From: Balneolaceae bacterium
Lineage (GTDB): Bacteria > Bacteroidota > Rhodothermia > Balneolales > Balneolaceae
Direction of reading: 5' to 3'
Assembly (NCBI GenBank): GCA_020832285.1
Contig: JAFIFB010000105.1
Location: 10,777-74,776 of the forward strand
DNA: 64,000 nt
Below the pieces are notes generated by a model. It did not search any database. It was not told the origin of the DNA and was given only the letters and a program-made list of their open reading frames with translations. Positions 59,236 to 64,000 of this stretch are shown here, piece after piece. Within the stretch, counting starts at the first letter, position 1. Each line of letters begins with the position of its first letter. A program made the translations under genes and the position numbers.

Positions 59236-59335
59236 TATCATGATGCTAACTGTTCATTTTATTTTTAACAATCTCGGTAGAGTTTGCAAATCGTAAATGG
59301 CTCATATAACTTTCGCTCTGAAGAAAAATTGAACT

Positions 59336-60274
59336 ATGAGTTATGACCTGGCGATTGTTGTACCCGCCTACAAACCAGACTTTTTAAAAGAAGCTCTTGA
59401 AAGCCTTTATAATCAAACAGACAGGCGCTTTTCTCTCTATATTTTTGATGATGCAAGTCCACATGACCTTAGAAAGATCTCAGATAGCGTAAAACTCTCT
59501 GATAATACCCGCTTTCACAAATTCGAAGAAAATGTCGGCGGAATATCGCTTGTGAAACACTGGAACCGCTGTATCAGGTTAACCAATAATGAACCATGGA
59601 TTTGGCTGTTTTCAGATGATGATCTTGCAGATCCGGAATGTGTAAAATCATTCTATGAAACACGGAAAAAATATCCAGATCATTCTGCATACCGTTTTAA
59701 TACAAGAAAAATTTCAGCGAATGGGGAAACCATAAAAGAAAACGTATTTCCCGAAACTTTTGATGCAGCAGATTTCTTAAACCTGAAACTCTCTTATTCT
59801 CAGGAGAGTTATGTAGTAGAAACCATTTTTTCGAGAGAAATTTATCATCAGATTGGAGGAATTCCGGATTTACCACTTGCCTGGGCTGCTGATGATCTTT
59901 TTAACATACAGATTGCCTTTTTTCAGAAAATAAGAACCATCAATGGGCCCCGTGTTTCCTGGAGATACAGTGACAAAAATATTTCGGGAAAAAACTCTCG
60001 TGAATCCGCTATTACAAAGCTGGAAGCATCCAGAACATTTGTCAATTACATTATTTCAAATAAAAAAATTGCTCAGAAACTAGAACCCGAAGATCTGCCA
60101 TTAAGATGGTATATTCGCCAGATTAAGGGGATGCTTCCAGAATTAAGTTTGAAGGATCAGTTTCTTGCCGTGTGGAAAATGGGTCGAAAGGACCGACGAG
60201 TTTGGAAGCATTTTGTAACTATGAAAAAAGAAAAAAGCAGGTCGTATCAATGGCTGAAAAGGTTCTTGTCATAA
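59336..60274 (+). CDS. Glycosyltransferase family 2
   Basis: LAIVVPAYKPDFLKEALESLYNQT...IFDDAS...SDDD. Confidence 0.85.
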   Translation: MSYDLAIVVPAYKPDFLKEALESLYNQTDRRFSLYIFDDASPHDLRKISDSVKLSDNTRFHKFEENVGGISLVKHWNRCIRLTNNEPWIWLFSDDDLADPECVKSFYETRKKYPDHSAYRFNTRKISANGETIKENVFPETFDAADFLNLKLSYSQESYVVETIFSREIYHQIGGIPDLPLAWAADDLFNIQIAFFQKIRTINGPRVSWRYSDKNISGKNSRESAITKLEASRTFVNYIISNKKIAQKLEPEDLPLRWYIRQIKGMLPELSLKDQFLAVWKMGRKDRRVWKHFVTMKKEKSRSYQWLKRFLS

Positions 60275-61509
60275 GTCCGGTACTACTTTTCCCATCCCAT
60301 TCAGGTAACAGAACAAGAATTCTCAGTATCTGTACCGAATTACAGAATCAGGGTTATACGCTTGATTTTTTTTATACAGGATTTCAACATAAGATAAGTT
60401 CGGAGCACGAAATATTTTTTAATGGGACCGTTTTAAATCACAATATTGAGGAGAAAGAAATATCGCCCGGCAGATATCTGCTACTTAGAACCCTGGAAAT
60501 TATTAACGGGCTGAAGATAAGGGCACAACGAAAGATCAGAATGCAAAAATATGGGCTTGATTCAGCCCGATTTAATAAAAGCCTGTATGATTTTAAAAAC
60601 ATCAGGAAATTGAAACTTTTGCAAAAACAGTTACCTATATCAGAAGAAAATTACAAAGCTGTTGTTCTGAACTATGCTGTTTACTCATTTTACCTGGACC
60701 TGTTTGATGAGGGCACAACTAAAATCATCGATACTCATGACCGTCTATCTGACCGCTATAAACTTTATCTCGAAGGTGGGGAAGAACCGGTTATCTGGAA
60801 AAGTATCACTCCGGATGATGAACGTAAAGCCATTCGAAAAGCCGATATCATTTGGGCGATTACACAAAAAGAAGCCGATTATTTCAAAAATCTAACCGAT
60901 GGTGATAAACCAAAAGTTCTTACGGTTCCTCACGTTGTGGAATTTAAAGATATAAGAGTAGATTCGGATTCCTCCCAAAAAACTATACTGGCTGTTGCAG
61001 GAAAAGGGAAAATAAATATTACGGGATTGAATTGGTTCTTTAGTGAGGTTTGGAAAGAAGTAACTGCACAAAATCCCGAATTAAAACTGATTGTAGCCGG
61101 TTCCATTTGTGATATTAAGGAGCAGCTTCATTCTGTTAAAAATGTGACATTCTACGGACGATATGACGAATCGGAGGATGTGTATGGCCTAACCACTTTT
61201 TGTATCAATCCGATACAGTTTGGTACCGGTTTAAAGATCAAAACCCTTGAAGCGCTCTCATTCGGGAAAGAGGTACTAACAACCAAAACCGGTGCAGACG
61301 GACTTGAACAGTTTGCTGGAAAAGGTTTGATAGTGAGAAATAATCCCAAAGACTGGATTAATGTAATATTAACCCGTTTTGGTGGAGCTGTTTCTGAAGA
61401 TTCTTTCAGATCAGAGTTGCTTCGCCGTCAAATCGATGCCATGTATAAAAAGACGTTGAATCAAATTGTTGCATCGGTTGAAGAAAAAGAAAATACAGCT
61501 CACAGTTAA
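60250..61509 (+). CDS. GT-B fold glycosyltransferase (GT1/GT4-like)
   Basis: MAEKVLVISPVLLFPSHSGNRTR; C-terminal FGTGLKIKTLEALSFGKEVLTT. The ATG at 60250 is preferred, giving a 25-nt overlap with the upstream GT2 gene. Confidence 0.75.
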   Translation: MAEKVLVISPVLLFPSHSGNRTRILSICTELQNQGYTLDFFYTGFQHKISSEHEIFFNGTVLNHNIEEKEISPGRYLLLRTLEIINGLKIRAQRKIRMQKYGLDSARFNKSLYDFKNIRKLKLLQKQLPISEENYKAVVLNYAVYSFYLDLFDEGTTKIIDTHDRLSDRYKLYLEGGEEPVIWKSITPDDERKAIRKADIIWAITQKEADYFKNLTDGDKPKVLTVPHVVEFKDIRVDSDSSQKTILAVAGKGKINITGLNWFFSEVWKEVTAQNPELKLIVAGSICDIKEQLHSVKNVTFYGRYDESEDVYGLTTFCINPIQFGTGLKIKTLEALSFGKEVLTTKTGADGLEQFAGKGLIVRNNPKDWINVILTRFGGAVSEDSFRSELLRRQIDAMYKKTLNQIVASVEEKENTAHS

Positions 61510-61671
61510 ATTTCACTTTGCATATAAAAAAAGAATGCAGTGTCGGAATCATTAAATTTCGGTGCACTTTGTGTGATAATACGTTGAGTAAAAATATTAA
61601 TATTTGATTGAAGTATCTTGAGGTATTGTAAAATTAATCCCAATATTTTTCTTTCAACTCCATAAATTTTA

Positions 61672-62607
61672 ATGATACAGCCACTTCAGATTTCAGTGAT
61701 TATTCCCGTTTATAACCGGGCGGATGTGATTGGCAGAGCGGTGGAATCTGCACTAAATCAAACAGTGAAACCGATAGAGATCATTGTTGTGGATGACGGG
61801 TCAACCGATGATCCCGAAAAAGTACTGAACAAATATGGTGATGAGGTTCGGCTTATTAAACAGTCAAATACCGGGCCATCGGCTGCCAGAAACCACGGAA
61901 TTTCAGCAGCTGAAGGAGAGTATATTGCCTTTTTAGACTCCGATGACGCCTGGCTGCCCGATAAATTGGAACGTCAGGTCTTTATGATCGATTCGGAACA
62001 AGTTCCTTTTGTAATTACAGACTCCTATGGATTTCCCGGCAGTTCTCAAAAATCAACTACATTTCAGAAAAGTATTTTTGCCGATTTACTACAGCAGAAA
62101 TATCCATTTGTTAAAGACTGTTTTGAGATGCTTGTAGAGCAGAACTTTATTCATCTTTCTACCGTGCTTATTGAGAAAAAAAGGTTGGTAGATGCGGGTG
62201 GTTATGATGAAAAAATGAATGTTGCAGAGGATACAGACCTTTGGCTACGACTTTCACTTCACCATCAGATTGGAATAATACCTGAAGTTCTGGCAATGCG
62301 GGATTTTCGAGAGGATAAACTATCTGGAGATAAAGAAAAAGAGTTTGTTGGCAGAATCCGCATATTTGAAAAGCTGCTGAAATCAACCGAACTTAATGAT
62401 CATCAAAAAAACATTGTGCGCAATCGGAAAGAGTGGGTATTTGGTCGTCTTCTTGGCTTATATTGGCACCATTCAAAAATGAAGAAAATTTCAGGAATTT
62501 TATTCAAAAGAAAACCGGAATGGCTTTTTTCAAGACTATTTTACAGAGGTTTCAGGGGAGAGTACATGGAACAAAAACAGGTTCAAAATGGATCAAATAA
62601 CCCATGA
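61672..62607 (+). CDS. Glycosyltransferase family 2
   Basis: ISVIIPVYNRADVIGRAVESALNQT, VVDDGSTD, FLDSDD. Confidence 0.88.
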   Translation: MIQPLQISVIIPVYNRADVIGRAVESALNQTVKPIEIIVVDDGSTDDPEKVLNKYGDEVRLIKQSNTGPSAARNHGISAAEGEYIAFLDSDDAWLPDKLERQVFMIDSEQVPFVITDSYGFPGSSQKSTTFQKSIFADLLQQKYPFVKDCFEMLVEQNFIHLSTVLIEKKRLVDAGGYDEKMNVAEDTDLWLRLSLHHQIGIIPEVLAMRDFREDKLSGDKEKEFVGRIRIFEKLLKSTELNDHQKNIVRNRKEWVFGRLLGLYWHHSKMKKISGILFKRKPEWLFSRLFYRGFRGEYMEQKQVQNGSNNP

Positions 62608-63578
62608 AGCGTGAAGAGGATGAATATAATGCAGGCGAAGAGTTGCCAACGGTTTCAATCATAATTCCATTTTTTAATAACACTGAAGAAGTTGACGCAA
62701 TTGTTGATCAAATAACCGGGCAAAATTATCCTGGGGAGCAAATAGAAATTATCTGCATTGATAATGGCTCTTCCTTACCTGTTGAGCTTAAGAAAAGCAC
62801 TCTTTCCAAAATAAATCTGATTGAAGAGAAAAATCATCCAAACAGTCCATATTCGGCCCGTAACCGGGGAATTGAAGCTTCAACAGGAGAAATCATCGTA
62901 TTTATAGATGCCAATTCTTGGCCGGATAAAAACTGGCTTCGGTATGGTGTTAATTATTTGCTCAAAAATGAAGCTGATATTGTCGCAGGCCGGGTTGATT
63001 TTGATTTTGAGCCGAAAGCCACTGCTGCAAAACTTGCAGATGCACTTACATCTCTGAATATGAAAATGGCTGTTGAAGACCGTGGCGCTGCCTATACTGC
63101 AAATATTTTTGTAAAAAAAGAGGTATTTGAGAAAACAGGTTTTTTTGAGGAAAACGTAAGATCCGGCGGGGATGTGCGCTGGACACTGAGAGCCAAAGAA
63201 ATAGGATTTAAGATAATGTACTGCGGCAGTGCTGTTGTATATAAAAAAGCACGAGATACCAAAGCGTTATACCGCAAAAAAATCCGAACCGGCCGAGGTT
63301 ATTTTTATTCCTGGCGGCTGGAGGAAGAGAGAACCCTGTGGTTTTATAATTTTTTCCGATCTTTGAAACCACCTGATCTGAAGAAAAAAATGGCTGAAAA
63401 ACCATTTTTGCCTCTATCATTATTTTCCGGAAAAAAACCAGGAGTTTGGTTTCATCTCTACCTTTCCGGTATTGTAGAACAGGTTGCTTTTATAATGGAA
63501 TTTTTAAAATATAACCTTGGAAGCCAGCGCGATATAGATCGCCGAAAAAAGATGATGAATAAGAGCGAGCAAAAATAG
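62604..63578 (+). CDS. Glycosyltransferase family 2
   Basis: VSIIIPFFNNTEEV, CIDNGSS, FIDAN. ATGA start/stop overlap with the previous gene. Confidence 0.85.
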   Translation: MKREEDEYNAGEELPTVSIIIPFFNNTEEVDAIVDQITGQNYPGEQIEIICIDNGSSLPVELKKSTLSKINLIEEKNHPNSPYSARNRGIEASTGEIIVFIDANSWPDKNWLRYGVNYLLKNEADIVAGRVDFDFEPKATAAKLADALTSLNMKMAVEDRGAAYTANIFVKKEVFEKTGFFEENVRSGGDVRWTLRAKEIGFKIMYCGSAVVYKKARDTKALYRKKIRTGRGYFYSWRLEEERTLWFYNFFRSLKPPDLKKKMAEKPFLPLSLFSGKKPGVWFHLYLSGIVEQVAFIMEFLKYNLGSQRDIDRRKKMMNKSEQK

Positions 63579-63592
63579 TTACGTATTTCTAA

Positions 63593-63707
63593 GATAAAAA
63601 GAGGGGTAAGGCACAGAACGATTTTTTTTAAAAAAAAATCTATTAAGATCAATGGGATGATCCGGGATCAACTCAACCGGTAATTCTGTCACACATTTCA
63701 CAGGTGG
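63593..63707. repeat. Intergenic repeat element, copy B (related to 22223..22332)
   Basis: Same ordered blocks as copy A. It contains a T8A9 tract and GGGATGATCCGGGATC. Confidence 0.6.
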
Positions 63708-63727
63708 TATACAAATAGAGTTTCTCA

Positions 63728-64000
63728 TCATTTGATGTGTACCATTTTTCTCAATTGCCGCTGGTTGCCGGCAGTCACTGAATAAAAATAAACCCCTGTA
63801 GAAAGGCCTGATGCATTTATTTCTAAACTGTAGGTTCCCGGCGCATGTGGTTCACGCCGTAGAGTACGTATTTTTCTTCCGGAGGCGTCATAAAGTGTAA
63901 TCTCAACATCAAGATACTCTTCAATAGAGTAAAAAATACGAGTAGAATTGTTAAATGGATTTGGGAAATTCTGTTCGAGATAAAAAGTATGGTTAGCGGC
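63728..64000 (-). CDS. C-terminal 90 aa of a secreted protein ending in a T9SS type A sorting domain (gene continues right of the window)
   Basis: My own minus-strand translation gives ...FYLEQNFPNPFNNSTRIFYSIEEYLDVEITLYDASGRKIRTL...GTYSLEINASGLSTGVYFYSVTAGNQRQLRKMVHIK*. This is the canonical Por/T9SS C-terminal domain pattern. It is not in the supplied ORF track because the start lies outside the window. Confidence 0.8.
   Translation of the reverse strand, partial: AANHTFYLEQNFPNPFNNSTRIFYSIEEYLDVEITLYDASGRKIRTLRREPHAPGTYSLEINASGLSTGVYFYSVTAGNQRQLRKMVHIK

Noticed and set aside
1-64000. Whole-window scan for CRISPR arrays, tRNA/rRNA genes, transposases, integrases, toxin-antitoxin pairs and classical defence genes
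   Set aside because: None was seen. There are no regularly spaced direct repeats, no tRNA T-arm signatures in the spacers, and every long ORF is accounted for by the metabolic, envelope or stress functions listed.

Overview
Dense chromosomal window of about 45 real CDS, moderately AT-rich, with AT-rich spacers. The likely source is an FCB-group bacterium (Bacteroidota or Balneolota-like). Supporting evidence is a T9SS C-terminal sorting domain at the right edge, a FISUMP-type lipoprotein, many lipoprotein signal peptides, and several TTG/GTG starts without obvious Shine-Dalgarno sequences. I saw no rRNA, tRNA, CRISPR array, transposase, integrase or phage gene. The window falls into three blocks. 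(1) 0.5-22 kb is a stress-type neighbourhood. It holds Hsp20, a NarL/LuxR response regulator, a PAS/HisKA_3 kinase, a Ca-type P-type ATPase, a HemG-like flavodoxin and an MMPL/RND transporter. It also holds a decayed phosphoribosyltransferase stub, a GlsB/YeaQ-like membrane protein and a 2903-aa cyclic beta-1,2-glucan synthase (Cgs/NdvB/ChvB architecture). The block ends with an atypical CheB-like protein (catalytic Ser replaced by Cys, degenerate receiver) in an operon with a tandem USP. (2) 22-49 kb is mostly housekeeping: orphan LivJ-like binding protein, MBL hydrolase, SppA, CrtI-like oxidoreductase, Alr, FKBP, TatC, GlyA, RpiB and KorAB. It also carries a PQQ dehydrogenase with an internal cytochrome c module, lipoprotein nucleoside hydrolase plus ribokinase, MOSC, GalE, Hpt and a thioesterase. 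The notable pair here is a PlsC-type acyltransferase followed by a fusion of a serine-less alpha/beta-hydrolase domain to a DedA/VTT membrane domain. (3) 50-63.6 kb is a surface polysaccharide locus: WecA-like initiating transferase, sugar-nucleotide dehydrogenase/epimerase/dehydratase, Wzz-like protein, half-size ABC exporter and four glycosyltransferases. No Wzx, Wzy or Wza is visible in the window. Non-coding observations: a ~110-nt intergenic element present in two clear copies (22.2 kb and 63.6 kb); a perfect 20-bp palindrome with TGTGAT repeats upstream of the orphan binding protein; a GC-rich structured island at 34.1-34.3 kb; and several intrinsic terminators. All functional calls come from motif and architecture recognition by eye. 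No searches were run.
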